Virus genome (UHGV): UHGV-0032033
Reading direction: 5' to 3' (one strand)
From: a virus
Length of the DNA: 53,461 nucleotides
Positions 1 to 10,111 of this stretch are shown piece after piece (the stretch's first letter is position 1; each line of letters begins with the position of its first letter). The position numbers and the translations under genes are program-made. The notes beneath the pieces were generated by a model that worked only from the letters and a program-made list of their open reading frames with translations, was not told the DNA's origin and searched no databases.

Positions 1-504
1 GATCGACAACAGCAAGTTATTTCAGGGCTACCCTGGCTTTTGTATTCAGGCGGTAGGATCAGGAAATTCCGTCCGGTAGCGCACCTGTTAGGCCGTAAAT
101 TCGTACACGGAACGACAGATTGTTACGCGCTTTTCCGCGACGCATATCACCTTTGCGGCGTGGATCTTCCTGACTTCGAGCGCCTTGATGGGTGGTGGTT
201 GCGTGGTGAAAACCTGTATTTAAAAAACTTGCCGCTAAACGGTTTTTATCAGGTTGACGCGCAAAGCATCCAGCCAGGTGACGTAATAATCAGGCAGCCG
301 TTCAAAGGTGCTGACCCATGCCACGCGATGATTTACCTGGGCGATAACACTGTTTTGCATCATGACAATGCCGGACTGTTAAGCCGCCGCGAGCAAATGC
401 GGCCCGCTTATGTTCGACAAACGAATTCAATATGGAGATCTGATAAATGCTCAAATTTAGATTTACGGGCAATCTTCGAAGATATTACAGCAAAGTGTGT
501 TTAA
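1..504 (+). CDS. tail assembly protein K-like, C-terminal portion (N-terminal portion at 53234..53461; circular permutation)
   Basis: Frame 1 open from base 1, in frame with 53234..53461; NlpC/P60-like Cys/His motifs (TDCYALFRDAYH, PCHAMIYLG); sits between L-like and I-like genes as in lambda. Confidence 0.75.
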   Translation, partial: DRQQQVISGLPWLLYSGGRIRKFRPVAHLLGRKFVHGTTDCYALFRDAYHLCGVDLPDFERLDGWWLRGENLYLKNLPLNGFYQVDAQSIQPGDVIIRQPFKGADPCHAMIYLGDNTVLHHDNAGLLSRREQMRPAYVRQTNSIWRSDKCSNLDLRAIFEDITAKCV

Positions 505-977
505 ACGTTGAAACGCCAGCGCAAGGACTTCGCTTGTTGACCGCGCAGAATCAGGAATTCAAGAAGGCGTTTTTAAATACACCTTTGCGTTTACGAATTT
601 CCGGGAAAGATTACGACGAAAAGACCGCGCCCGCTGCGGTTAATAGCAAATATCCAGATGGGACTACGGTAATTATTGCGCCAATAGTGGAAGGTGGTAT
701 TGCAGGGATCGGTGTGGTCGGTTGGATTATGATCGGAATATCAGTTGTTAGTGTCGCATTTTCTATTTTCATGTCTCGCAACATGAAGGTGAAAACATCA
801 TCAGAAAGCGCACAGGATAACACCATAACAAACAACAGTTACACCAGCATAGAAAACAGGGTGGGCCAGGGAAGACCAGTTCCTATCTTATTGGGTGAAA
901 TGAAAGTTGGTTCAAACGTCGGATCGTTAGGTATAGACACAACCAACAATAAAGACGCCTTAGACGTTGTAAGTTAA
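447..977 (+). CDS. tail assembly protein I-like
   Basis: 176-aa ORF overlapping K 3' end, directly upstream of J-like gene (lambda K-I-J order); hydrophobic C-terminal segment. Confidence 0.6.
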   Translation: MLKFRFTGNLRRYYSKVCLNVETPAQGLRLLTAQNQEFKKAFLNTPLRLRISGKDYDEKTAPAAVNSKYPDGTTVIIAPIVEGGIAGIGVVGWIMIGISVVSVAFSIFMSRNMKVKTSSESAQDNTITNNSYTSIENRVGQGRPVPILLGEMKVGSNVGSLGIDTTNNKDALDVVS

Positions 978-991
978 CAGGAGAAATAACC

Positions 992-3900
992 ATGAGTAGC
1001 GGCGGCGGCAAAGCAAAAACACCAACTTTAATTAACGATAATCTATATCACAAACAGTTTTATCGTGTACTCGACATTATTTCAGAAGGTCCGATTTATG
1101 GTCCTGTGAATACAAAAGCGCCATTAAACAGCGTTATGCTTAATGACACCCCTGTAACTGACGCGAACGGCAATACCAGCATCCCCGGTATTAGCGTAGC
1201 GTGGCGCAATGGTACGATAGATCAATCACCGATTAACGGTTTTAACGCCATTGAATCAACCGTTATTGTTAACGCACAGGTTAAACACGATACACCAATA
1301 ATCAGGACCGTTTCCGATCCTAACGTAAACCGCGTTCGCCTGAATATCGGCGTCGATTCACTTGTACAATCTGACGAGCAAAGCAATCAACATAACACAT
1401 CGGTTATGATGATGATTGACGTGAAGCCTTCGTCTTCTTCTACGTGGACGCTTGTTAAAGACGTTACTATAGGTCCAGGTAAGATCAGCGGAGAATATCT
1501 TGAAGCGCATATTATCAATGCACCAGATGAAAAACCGTTTGATATTCGCGTTCGCCGTGTAACCGCTGATAGCACAAGCGATCTGTTGCAGAATGATACG
1601 CGATGGAGTAGCTACAGCGAAATAATCGACGATAATTTGTCTTATCCTCACACCGCTGTAGCTGGCGCGGTAATTGACCATGATCAGTACGCTGACACGC
1701 CTACCCGCACCTATCACCTTCGCGGGCTGATTGTTGATATTCCTGATAACTACGACCCGGAAAAGCGCACTTATTCCGGTTTGTGGCTTGGCGGCTTCAA
1801 ACAGGCGTACACCAATAACCCAGCATGGATCTTCCGCTATCTGGTTAAAAACGAGCGTTTCGGCCTTGCTCGTCACGCTGGCTATATTGACGTTGACGAC
1901 GGCGCATTATATACGCTCTCCCGATACTGCGACCAGTTGGTTGATGATGGTTACGGTGGCCTTGAGCCTCGTATGACGCTTAATGCTTACATTACTGAGC
2001 AGATGAGCGCCCGCGACTTACTGGACAATATCGCCGGGATGTTCCGGGGCATCGCGTTATGGGACGGACAACGCCTCACCGTGATGATTGATGCACCACA
2101 AGACCCGATCGCCACCATTACAAACGCAAATGTCGTTGATGGGGCGTTCACTCGATCGAGTATCTCACGCGCAGAATGCTACAACGCCGTGATCGTATCC
2201 TGGACTGACCCTGAAAACGGATGGGAACAATCAAAAGAGTATGTGGCAGATGATGAGCTAATCGCCCGTGATGGTTATAACGAAACCACGCTGGAGGCGT
2301 TCGGGTGCACTTCACGCGGGCAAGCGCACCGCGCTGGTAAATGGCTGATAGAAACAGCAAAACGCGAGCCGTCAAAATTCACGTTTAAAATGGCCCGTGA
2401 TGCGATTCACTTTACGCCAGGGGATATAATCGAGATCCTCGACAATAACCGCGCAGGCGCGCGTTTAGGCGGTCGTATCGTGGCGAACAATGGGAAAGTG
2501 ATAACGGTCGATAAGGTCGATTCAGAATACATTGCAGCAGGCGACACCATCAGTTTACTTGATGGCGATGGCAAATTTAAAAAACATCAGATCACTGGTG
2601 TTAACTGGAACAAAATCACACTGGCAGCAGCCCCGGCATGGATTCGGAACGGTACTGTTTTTGCTGTATCAACCGAATCAGCAAAACCCGTTTTATGTCG
2701 AATCATCAGCGTAGCAGAAACTGAAAACAACAGCGTGTACACCATCGAAGCCGCGCAACATGACCCGAACAAACAAGCAGTAGTCGATGAAGGCGCGATA
2801 TTTGAAATCAACAACGACACGCTTAATCACTTCCGCGTTCCGAATATTGAAAATCTGAAGGTGGTAAACATTGGATCTGAAACGGTTCAATGCCGCGCAA
2901 CATGGGAGACACAGACAACAACACATCGCATGACCTTTGAGATCCGCATATATAACGCCGATGGTGCGGTGGTTAAAAGCTACGAAACAACGAAGTACAG
3001 TTATGATTTTTATGGCATTGACGCTGGAGCGTATTCGTTAGGCGTTCGCGGAAGAAATGATACTGGCATGAAGGGCGCTGAAAGTATTGTTGATCTTGTT
3101 ATCGGTGCGCCAGCATCGCCAATAGGCGTTAACTGGGTTCCAGGTGTATTTCAGGCTACAGTGTACCCGATAAGCAAGACAACGCTAACAACTGATACAG
3201 CGTATGAATTCTACTATGCAGGGGAAAACCAGATTACGGATCCTGCAAAAATAACCACGTCTGCGCAGTTTACCGGGCGCGGGTATCAGTGGACGTTTGG
3301 CGGCATGAATACAGGCCACACTTATTACGTTTATGTGCGCACGCGTAACGCTTTTGGCGTGTCTGACTTTGTGGAAGCATCAGGTAAGCCGACAGAAAAT
3401 TTTGATGAAATTAGCGATTACGTCACCAAAGACGTGATGAATTCAGAACAATTTAAGGGAATGGTAAGTGATATTAAGGATCTTGGTGATCGCACTGATA
3501 TTATAGAAAGCGCAACTGCCGACCTTAAAACAGCTACAGACGGCCTTAAAGCTGATACAGATACACTTAAAAAAGATACCGAAGACCTTTATAAAAAAGT
3601 CGAAGAAAACGCCGATGAAATAGGCAAACATGCGGTAAGAATAGACTCATTAGAGGTATCAGACGAAAACGTTAATAACGAACTGGCACAGACAAAAGCA
3701 AGTCTACAAAACGCTTCGCTAGCTCTGATCAACAACTCACTTGCTCAAACTAACACGCGCGTTACTCTTACCGCTCAATATAAAAAAGGGCGCAACGAAA
3801 CGAAAGCGCAGATTGACCGCATAGACAACGTTATCGCAGATGAGAAAAAAGCGACAGCGGAATCACTGGAAACCATTACAGCAGAAATGAACGCAATGGA

Positions 3901-5398
3901 CTCCAGCATCAAAGGGGAAATCGCCCGCGTTGACAAAGCAATCGCAACCGAAACGCAGGCAAGAAGCGACGCAATAACAGAGGTTAAAGCTGATTTAACC
4001 ACGCTTGAAAATAGCACGAACGCCAGTGTTAGACGCCTTGATCAAGCTATCGCTGACGAATCAAGCGCGCGCGCCCAGGCAATATCAGGCATCAGTGCGG
4101 AGCTTGGTTCTGTTGAAAGTGATGTTGATAAAAACAGCGACAAGATAGAACAGGCGAAAGCAAGCCTGCAAAACGCATCGATTGCACTTATCAACAACTC
4201 AATAGCGCAAAGCAAGATGGGCACTGTTATTGAGGCGAAATATAGGAAAAGCCAGATAAAAACAAAAGCGGAAATAGCAAGGATCGACACAGCAATAGCA
4301 GACGAAACCCAGGCACGCGCAGAGGCTATAGCTTCTCTTGAAGCCAATATTAATGAAAACATTTCAGCAAAAATAACAGATATATCAACGGCGCTCGCAA
4401 CTCACGAGGCATCAAGTGCTGAAAAATTTGTTCAAATATCGGCATCTTTCGACGATGTAAACTCAAGCATCACGGAATGGTCACAGGCCATGACAACGGC
4501 AGACGAGGCATTATCAACCAAAATTGATCAGCTGAAAGTGACCGTTAACGGAAACACAACAGCGATCGAGACAACATCGAAAGCGTTAACTGACTTTAAA
4601 GGTAACGTTGATGCGTCATATTCAATCAAGCTCGCCACCGATAACAACGGCATGACATACGCTACAGGTATGTCGCTTGGATTGACTGGAGACGGGACTA
4701 ACTTTCAATCGCAGTGTATTTTTCTGGTTGATCGCTTCGTTTTAATGACTGCGGCAAACGGTACATATCAATCGCCTTTCTATGTCACCAATGGCGCAAT
4801 GTATGTGCGCGAAGCGTTTATTAAAAACGGTTCAATCGACAATGCAAAAATAGGCAATGTCATAACATCCTACAACTGGAACGGTAGCGATCAAGGGTGG
4901 GCAATAGTTAAAGATGGCTGGGCTACATTTAACAACGTTACAGTTCGAGGCACGGTATACGCCACTAACGGCGAGTTTTCAGGGGCCGTTAGAGCCAAAT
5001 CATTTGAGGGTGGCATTAGTTCAGGTACGCAGGGAACAAGGCAATCCAGCGGGACGATCACAATTAACGTAACACCTAATACATCTAATAGTATGCTATT
5101 GCTTTTCGTTTCTGTGTACACGGCTGGTGTGCGCACAGCAAGCGGCGAACATACAGTAACACTACATGCTGGTGGTCGTAGTTTTAACGTTCCTCCGTCT
5201 TATGTTGCAAGTGGTGGCGTACCGTCAACTTACAGATTTGATTCAACTATAATCATCCCGGTAATTGGGACAAATAAGAGGGCTGTTTCGATATATTTGA
5301 GTCATGTTGGACATGTTAGCTTAATTAACACAGACATAAGACTTCTTGGCGCTGTATTACTAAACTCTTCATTTTTAACAGGTACTTTTGATTTTTAA
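992..5398 (+). CDS. tail tip host-specificity protein J-like (central tail fibre), 1468 aa
   Basis: RBS aacaggag; N-terminal ~800 aa carry lambda J hallmarks (ISEGPIYGPV, YHLRG, AFGCTSRGQAHRAGKWLI); then coiled-coil with internal duplication and C-terminal receptor-binding-like region. Confidence 0.9.
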   Translation: MSSGGGKAKTPTLINDNLYHKQFYRVLDIISEGPIYGPVNTKAPLNSVMLNDTPVTDANGNTSIPGISVAWRNGTIDQSPINGFNAIESTVIVNAQVKHDTPIIRTVSDPNVNRVRLNIGVDSLVQSDEQSNQHNTSVMMMIDVKPSSSSTWTLVKDVTIGPGKISGEYLEAHIINAPDEKPFDIRVRRVTADSTSDLLQNDTRWSSYSEIIDDNLSYPHTAVAGAVIDHDQYADTPTRTYHLRGLIVDIPDNYDPEKRTYSGLWLGGFKQAYTNNPAWIFRYLVKNERFGLARHAGYIDVDDGALYTLSRYCDQLVDDGYGGLEPRMTLNAYITEQMSARDLLDNIAGMFRGIALWDGQRLTVMIDAPQDPIATITNANVVDGAFTRSSISRAECYNAVIVSWTDPENGWEQSKEYVADDELIARDGYNETTLEAFGCTSRGQAHRAGKWLIETAKREPSKFTFKMARDAIHFTPGDIIEILDNNRAGARLGGRIVANNGKVITVDKVDSEYIAAGDTISLLDGDGKFKKHQITGVNWNKITLAAAPAWIRNGTVFAVSTESAKPVLCRIISVAETENNSVYTIEAAQHDPNKQAVVDEGAIFEINNDTLNHFRVPNIENLKVVNIGSETVQCRATWETQTTTHRMTFEIRIYNADGAVVKSYETTKYSYDFYGIDAGAYSLGVRGRNDTGMKGAESIVDLVIGAPASPIGVNWVPGVFQATVYPISKTTLTTDTAYEFYYAGENQITDPAKITTSAQFTGRGYQWTFGGMNTGHTYYVYVRTRNAFGVSDFVEASGKPTENFDEISDYVTKDVMNSEQFKGMVSDIKDLGDRTDIIESATADLKTATDGLKADTDTLKKDTEDLYKKVEENADEIGKHAVRIDSLEVSDENVNNELAQTKASLQNASLALINNSLAQTNTRVTLTAQYKKGRNETKAQIDRIDNVIADEKKATAESLETITAEMNAMDSSIKGEIARVDKAIATETQARSDAITEVKADLTTLENSTNASVRRLDQAIADESSARAQAISGISAELGSVESDVDKNSDKIEQAKASLQNASIALINNSIAQSKMGTVIEAKYRKSQIKTKAEIARIDTAIADETQARAEAIASLEANINENISAKITDISTALATHEASSAEKFVQISASFDDVNSSITEWSQAMTTADEALSTKIDQLKVTVNGNTTAIETTSKALTDFKGNVDASYSIKLATDNNGMTYATGMSLGLTGDGTNFQSQCIFLVDRFVLMTAANGTYQSPFYVTNGAMYVREAFIKNGSIDNAKIGNVITSYNWNGSDQGWAIVKDGWATFNNVTVRGTVYATNGEFSGAVRAKSFEGGISSGTQGTRQSSGTITINVTPNTSNSMLLLFVSVYTAGVRTASGEHTVTLHAGGRSFNVPPSYVASGGVPSTYRFDSTIIIPVIGTNKRAVSIYLSHVGHVSLINTDIRLLGAVLLNSSFLTGTFDF

Positions 5399-5402
5399 TA
5401 CC

Positions 5403-5426
5403 AACCCCGCCACGGCGGGGTTTATA
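5403..5426 (+). terminator. rho-independent terminator after J
   Basis: GC hairpin ccccgcc-acg-gcgggg followed by TTTAT, a few nt after J stop. Confidence 0.6.
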
Positions 5427-5506
5427 CATATAGTAAACACATATTCGTCTGCGTAATGATAAAACGTTAAAATAGTATGGTTAATTAACATAATGGAGTC
5501 ATTGCG

Positions 5507-7270
5507 ATGATTTACACAACAGGCACGATAGCCGTTAGCGGAAAAACAGTTACCGGGACAGGGACTGAATTCAACGCCGCATTATCTCTGATCAGGGTTG
5601 GTTGCACTCTTATTGCCATTAGCGATCCGGTGCAGATTTTTTCAATTACAGAGGTAAAAAGCGCAACAAGTTTATCAGTAACCCCCTCGGCAAGTCCTGC
5701 TATTCCTGCTGGCACTAAATTTAGCATCCTGCTTTCAGACTCGATCTCTGTAGATGGTCTTGCTCAGGATGTCGCCGAAACACTGCGTTACTATCAGGGC
5801 AAAGAATCAGAAATAGCTGACGCCGTTGAATTTTTTAGCGACAACAAAGATGTGATTTCAGCCTCAAAATTAGCATCAACATCGGCCACCACTGCAACAA
5901 ACGCGGCAAAAACAGCAACAAGCGCCGCAGATTCAGCTAAGACATACAGAGATGAGGCCCACGAATACGCCAATCAGACCGCGCAGCCTTACGCGTATGT
6001 TTTGCAGCCGCTGCCGGACGTATGGATACCGTTCAACGATTCTCTCGATATGATCACGGGCTACGGCCCTGGCACTAAAAAAGTAACCATTGACGGGGAA
6101 GAAAAAACAATATCATCAGATAAGGTTGTTTCTTTCTCACGCGCAAGTACAGCTACTTACATTAACAAATCAGGTGTTTTAACTGTGGCTGGTATTAATG
6201 AGCCACGTTTTGAACGTGAGGGTTTGCTTATTGAGGGGCAGAGAACTAATTATCTGTTAAACTCAAATAATCCGCAGTCGTGGCCTATACACTCATCACT
6301 AAATAAAGAGTTTGGTAGCGACAACTTTAACTTCAACTACGCAACAGTATCGCCGACTAATGATATTATAGGGACAACAGGAGGCTACGCTATAATCAAT
6401 GTTGCCACCAGAGATAGGTTTAATCTACTTAGCGGTGAAAGTTTTACTTTTTCTTGTCGTGCCAAAGGTAGCAAGTGCAGACTCCGTGCGAGAGTGGCTT
6501 ATGCTGGGGATGGTGGTGCTGACGTTTTTTCATCAGACGCATATCTAGACTTTGATTCAGTAACGGCTTCAGTAAGCGGTCAAGTCAATCTTATTAAAGC
6601 AAAACTCGAGCGGCGCGGAGAATGGCTTTATTTTGAAGTAACATACACGGCAGACGCTGATCGCAACGGCATAAACTGCGCTTTCTTTTTTGCTAACAAG
6701 ATTAGCGAAGAGCCATTTTATGAAGATTCAACGATTACGCTAGCTACACCACAAATTGAGCTTGGATCATGCGCATCATCGTTTATTATTTCTAATGGTA
6801 CGCCAACAACAAGAGCAAGTGATGTCGTAACAGTTACATCACAAAACAACCTTGCCGTTAGACCGTTTACTATTCTTTGCGAGGTTAGCAAAAGCTGGAA
6901 CACGCCGCCAAATGTAGCACCACGTATATTTGATGTTGGTGGTCACATAATTGATGATAATTATTTGTCACTTGGATTTGTTTCAACAGGAAAACTTTCT
7001 GCAAATGTTGGAATGATTCAACCGCAAATTGCCGTTGATGGTAATAGGTTTATTGCTGGCTTGAGAGCTAAATCAGATTTATCAGTTAATGCTATATTAA
7101 ATGGAAACTATACGACTAATACTAACGGGAAAGTATTTGGCATTACTGCAAATTTATACCGTTTTGGTGGTCAAACTTCGTCTGGTACTCGTCACCTGTT
7201 TGGTCACATTAGAAATTTTAGGGTTTGGTTTAAGGAGCTAACAGATTCGCAAATAAGCGAAGTGGTTTAA
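5507..7270 (+). CDS. side tail fibre protein
   Basis: 587-aa ORF with RBS ggag after J; Ala/Ser/Thr-rich N-terminal shaft-like region (ASTSATTATNAAKTATSAADSAKTYRDEA); position typical of lambdoid tail fibre. Confidence 0.7.
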   Translation: MIYTTGTIAVSGKTVTGTGTEFNAALSLIRVGCTLIAISDPVQIFSITEVKSATSLSVTPSASPAIPAGTKFSILLSDSISVDGLAQDVAETLRYYQGKESEIADAVEFFSDNKDVISASKLASTSATTATNAAKTATSAADSAKTYRDEAHEYANQTAQPYAYVLQPLPDVWIPFNDSLDMITGYGPGTKKVTIDGEEKTISSDKVVSFSRASTATYINKSGVLTVAGINEPRFEREGLLIEGQRTNYLLNSNNPQSWPIHSSLNKEFGSDNFNFNYATVSPTNDIIGTTGGYAIINVATRDRFNLLSGESFTFSCRAKGSKCRLRARVAYAGDGGADVFSSDAYLDFDSVTASVSGQVNLIKAKLERRGEWLYFEVTYTADADRNGINCAFFFANKISEEPFYEDSTITLATPQIELGSCASSFIISNGTPTTRASDVVTVTSQNNLAVRPFTILCEVSKSWNTPPNVAPRIFDVGGHIIDDNYLSLGFVSTGKLSANVGMIQPQIAVDGNRFIAGLRAKSDLSVNAILNGNYTTNTNGKVFGITANLYRFGGQTSSGTRHLFGHIRNFRVWFKELTDSQISEVV

Positions 7271-7280
7271 TGGTGATAAT

Positions 7281-7547
7281 ATGATTGATATTACATTAAA
7301 ATTCACAGATAAACAGCAATACAACGACATCGTGATTAACAGCGGCTGGCTGGACGCCAATCAGTCAACCGTGTTTATTGATGATATCGGTTTTGTTCCT
7401 GTATTCGATGATCCAGAAAGCGAGACACCTGTACTGATTGAGAAAAAGGGGTATTACGTCAACATGCGTATAACTGGTGACGATGTTGATATTTCTCAAC
7501 TTGAGCCTTTCATCGTTCCAGATCCCTGCGTCCGCGCATGGGCTTGA
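7281..7547 (+). CDS. hypothetical protein, possible tail fibre assembly/chaperone
   Basis: 88-aa ORF immediately after tail fibre gene, followed by terminator. Confidence 0.35.
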   Translation: MIDITLKFTDKQQYNDIVINSGWLDANQSTVFIDDIGFVPVFDDPESETPVLIEKKGYYVNMRITGDDVDISQLEPFIVPDPCVRAWA

Positions 7548-7589
7548 TGATGCGGCAGTGATAGCATGGTGATGTTGAAAACATCGCCG

Positions 7590-7620
7590 CGAAACGAGGC
7601 TAACGCCTCGTTTCTTTTTG
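7590..7620 (+). terminator. rho-independent terminator closing the tail fibre operon
   Basis: hairpin aaacgaggc-taac-gcctcgttt followed by CTTTTTG. Confidence 0.7.
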
Positions 7621-7860
7621 TGTACCATTGTGTGTACCATATTGTTTTAAGGTTAAATCAAATATGAATAAAACAATGATTTATATATCATTTTTACAAA
7701 TTTGCATAATGTCTCTTTCTAATGCTACATGCCACGCACAAGCGTAAACATACGCACGCAAAATCACACCTAACGCCATGAATTTAGCCGATTTACTGGT
7801 TTTCGCTGTAAACAAGCGCGCTTTTGCGTTATATTGCGTAAACCATGATTTGTGTACCAT
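7620..7860. promoter_or_regulatory. int-proximal region with three GTGTACCAT direct repeats (putative Int arm-type sites / attP region)
   Basis: GTGTACCAT at ~7620, ~7632 and ~7852, flanking the AT-rich stretch upstream of int; attP core cannot be defined without host sequence. Confidence 0.35.
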
Positions 7861-7886
7861 GTTGTGCACCAAATAAGGGGGCAATT

Positions 7887-9107
7887 ATGGCGTTATCAGA
7901 TACTAAATTAAGAAGCATCCACGGTAAAAATTATGATGGCCCGGTCGAGATCCCGGATGGCGGAGGTCTGTCAGTAAGGGTAAGTCCGAAAGGCGTCATT
8001 GCGTTTCAGTATCGATACAGGTATGGCGGGAAGCCTAAAAGGATGAAGCTAGGCAACTATGGCGTAATGACGCTCAAGGAAGCCAGGCTAGCGGTAATTG
8101 AGTGCAAGGCGATATTGGCAGACGGCAAAGATCCCGGACTTGCTAAGAAACAGCGCATTGACGAGGCGATGGCGAGAGCAACCGTTAGCGATATCGTGAA
8201 CAACTATCTTAATAAACAGACGACCAGGGAAATTAAGGGATACAAAGAGATCAAGCAAAACTTACAAAAGCACATAATCAAGAGGTATGGCGATTTTATT
8301 GTGGATGATATTAACGCGAGGGCGTGGGAGGCAATATTCTCAGAGATAACGAAAGCGGGCCATCCGGTGCAGGCTGGCGCGATGTTACGCCGCATGAAAT
8401 CTATTGTCGCTATGGCGCAAAGGAAAGGGATAGTAAAAGACAACGAGATCCGCTTGTTGCGAGTGGAAGACGTTGGCAAACCGCCGCGCAAGATCGACAG
8501 ATATTTATCGGGCGAGGAAGTAGGGGAATTCTGGCGTTTTACGGCTGGCGATTTTATGTCTAAGGCCAATATGACATTCTTCAGACTACTGCTATTAACA
8601 GGATGCAGGACGGTAGAATTGAGGCTAGCAAAGCGTGAACATTTTGATCTCAATCACAGGGTATGGAATATCCCTGCGGAACTATCAAAAAACAAAAAGC
8701 GGTTTACGCGCGGCCTGTCAACGTTAAGCGTAGAGCTATTAAGCATGATGTTTGATTGCCACGGCTTCAACATAGTTTTCCCTGCGGTATTGTCGCTGGA
8801 TGGTAAACCAATGGATAAAGCTGTGTGCACAAGACTAGCGACAAGGCTTAGTAATGAAATTGGATTTAAGGCGGGTTTTACTGCGCATGATTTGCGCCGG
8901 ACGTGCCGCACGCATTTAGCGGCATTAGGCGTGACCGCCCAGGTAGCCGAAAAAATGTTGGGCCATACCCTGGGCGGAGTATTAGGAGTTTATGACAGAT
9001 ATGATTATGTAGAAGAACAGAAAGACGCTGCGGAATTATGGGCTAATTACGTTTTATCAGTATCAGAAAGCAAGCCTACTGACTTAAAGAACTGCATTAC
9101 ATCTTGA
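7887..9107 (+). CDS. int: tyrosine integrase (P4-like, with N-terminal arm-binding domain)
   Basis: RBS aaggggg; N-terminal LSDTKLRS...GLSVRVSPKGVIAFQYRYRYGGKPKRMKLG motif, C-terminal catalytic region with HDLRRT and LGH...VYDRY. Confidence 0.85.
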   Translation: MALSDTKLRSIHGKNYDGPVEIPDGGGLSVRVSPKGVIAFQYRYRYGGKPKRMKLGNYGVMTLKEARLAVIECKAILADGKDPGLAKKQRIDEAMARATVSDIVNNYLNKQTTREIKGYKEIKQNLQKHIIKRYGDFIVDDINARAWEAIFSEITKAGHPVQAGAMLRRMKSIVAMAQRKGIVKDNEIRLLRVEDVGKPPRKIDRYLSGEEVGEFWRFTAGDFMSKANMTFFRLLLLTGCRTVELRLAKREHFDLNHRVWNIPAELSKNKKRFTRGLSTLSVELLSMMFDCHGFNIVFPAVLSLDGKPMDKAVCTRLATRLSNEIGFKAGFTAHDLRRTCRTHLAALGVTAQVAEKMLGHTLGGVLGVYDRYDYVEEQKDAAELWANYVLSVSESKPTDLKNCITS

Positions 9108-9280
9108 TAACGATATACAGGGCGCGACGTAGTTGATAATTCGTGAAGCGGTTCAGGAAATGGTGTACCTGCCGCTTCCCATTTCATTTTCCATACTCTG
9201 AAAGTTGTCCTACTTATTCCGCCGAGCATTTCCCTGATCCGTGCCGTAGTCAATAATAATGTCGCGGTTTTATCCATCAC
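9047..9280 (-). CDS. excisionase / AlpA-like HTH DNA-binding protein
   Basis: 77-aa ORF convergent with and overlapping int 3' end; HTH-like LLTTARIREMLGGISRTTFRVW segment. Confidence 0.5.
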   Translation of the reverse strand: MMDKTATLLLTTARIREMLGGISRTTFRVWKMKWEAAGTPFPEPLHELSTTSRPVYRYQDVMQFFKSVGLLSDTDKT

Positions 9281-9933
9281 TTATCCCCAGTATATTTAGT
9301 TAGCGGGATATCCCCATTAATAATAGATTTTGCCATATCGCGATAATCACGCGAATAATCATTATCAACTCTGAAATTAATCTCAATTGCCGCATCAAAT
9401 CCAATAACCTTAACCGCCAATGCAAACGCGATTTCAGCTACCGCCTTTTCTTTCGGATCAATATACAATTTATGGGCAAAATGCCGCCATTCCCCGGCTT
9501 GTTCAAAATCAGACGTATCCTTTTCTACAAAAAGAGCAAGACGATCGCTTATATATTTGTATTTCAAAACAGGATATCCCGTTACCCGACCATTAACAGG
9601 ATCGAGAAGTTCAAGCCACACGCCGCACGGCGGCTTTTCTCCAGGTTTCCATTCCGTAACTTCCGGCGCATCGCAATCATGCCGCTCATCTTCGATTAAT
9701 TCATCAATAATCTCGCTTTCTTTATTCATGCCGTCATCATCCGTTTCAGAGTAACGCACAAAGCGCCACGTATTAGCCATCACCGTATAAGATTCACCGC
9801 CTACCTTAGATCCGGCGTAATACTCCGTCCCGAAATCGTAATAACTTAAAAACGTGGTTACTTCAAAAGACGGGATGTCATCACGGAAGCGGTGAACTAT
9901 TTTACCTATTGCAAAATGGGTTTTCTTCGTCAT
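9277..9933 (-). CDS. hypothetical protein (218 aa)
   Basis: ORF at distal end of leftward early operon, start coupled to upstream small ORF; no motif recognised. Confidence 0.5.
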   Translation of the reverse strand: MTKKTHFAIGKIVHRFRDDIPSFEVTTFLSYYDFGTEYYAGSKVGGESYTVMANTWRFVRYSETDDDGMNKESEIIDELIEDERHDCDAPEVTEWKPGEKPPCGVWLELLDPVNGRVTGYPVLKYKYISDRLALFVEKDTSDFEQAGEWRHFAHKLYIDPKEKAVAEIAFALAVKVIGFDAAIEINFRVDNDYSRDYRDMAKSIINGDIPLTKYTGDK

Positions 9934-9934
9934 A

Positions 9935-10111
9935 TTACGCCACCGTTACATTGTCAACCTTAATAAAATATTCAGGGTGATTTTCTATTTCGTGCTGAAA
10001 GTGCGCGTGACACAATCGCCACTCCCGCGCCTGGTTGTGAAAGTAATAAACGTATTCGCCATCAACCTTATACAAAATTCCGGTAGGTTTAGCCATGTAA
10101 TAACGCGCCAT
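9935..10111 (-). CDS. hypothetical small protein (58 aa)
   Basis: ATG overlaps ninB stop (TAATG) and stop abuts next ATG; MARYYMAKPTGILYKVDGEYVYYFHNQAREW...; below track length cut-off. Confidence 0.35.
   Translation of the reverse strand: MARYYMAKPTGILYKVDGEYVYYFHNQAREWRLCHAHFQHEIENHPEYFIKVDNVTVA

Noticed and set aside
1358-5136. Several minus-strand ORFs (62-172 aa) inside the J gene
   Set aside because: Antisense to a 1468-aa ORF with clear lambda J motifs; none has an RBS or a recognisable motif.
5507-7270. Diversity-generating retroelement targeting the tail fibre
   Set aside because: No reverse transcriptase ORF and no template/variable repeat pair near the fibre 3' end.
8204-8653. 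149-aa minus-strand track ORF inside the integrase gene
   Set aside because: Antisense to the integrase catalytic domain with no start context.
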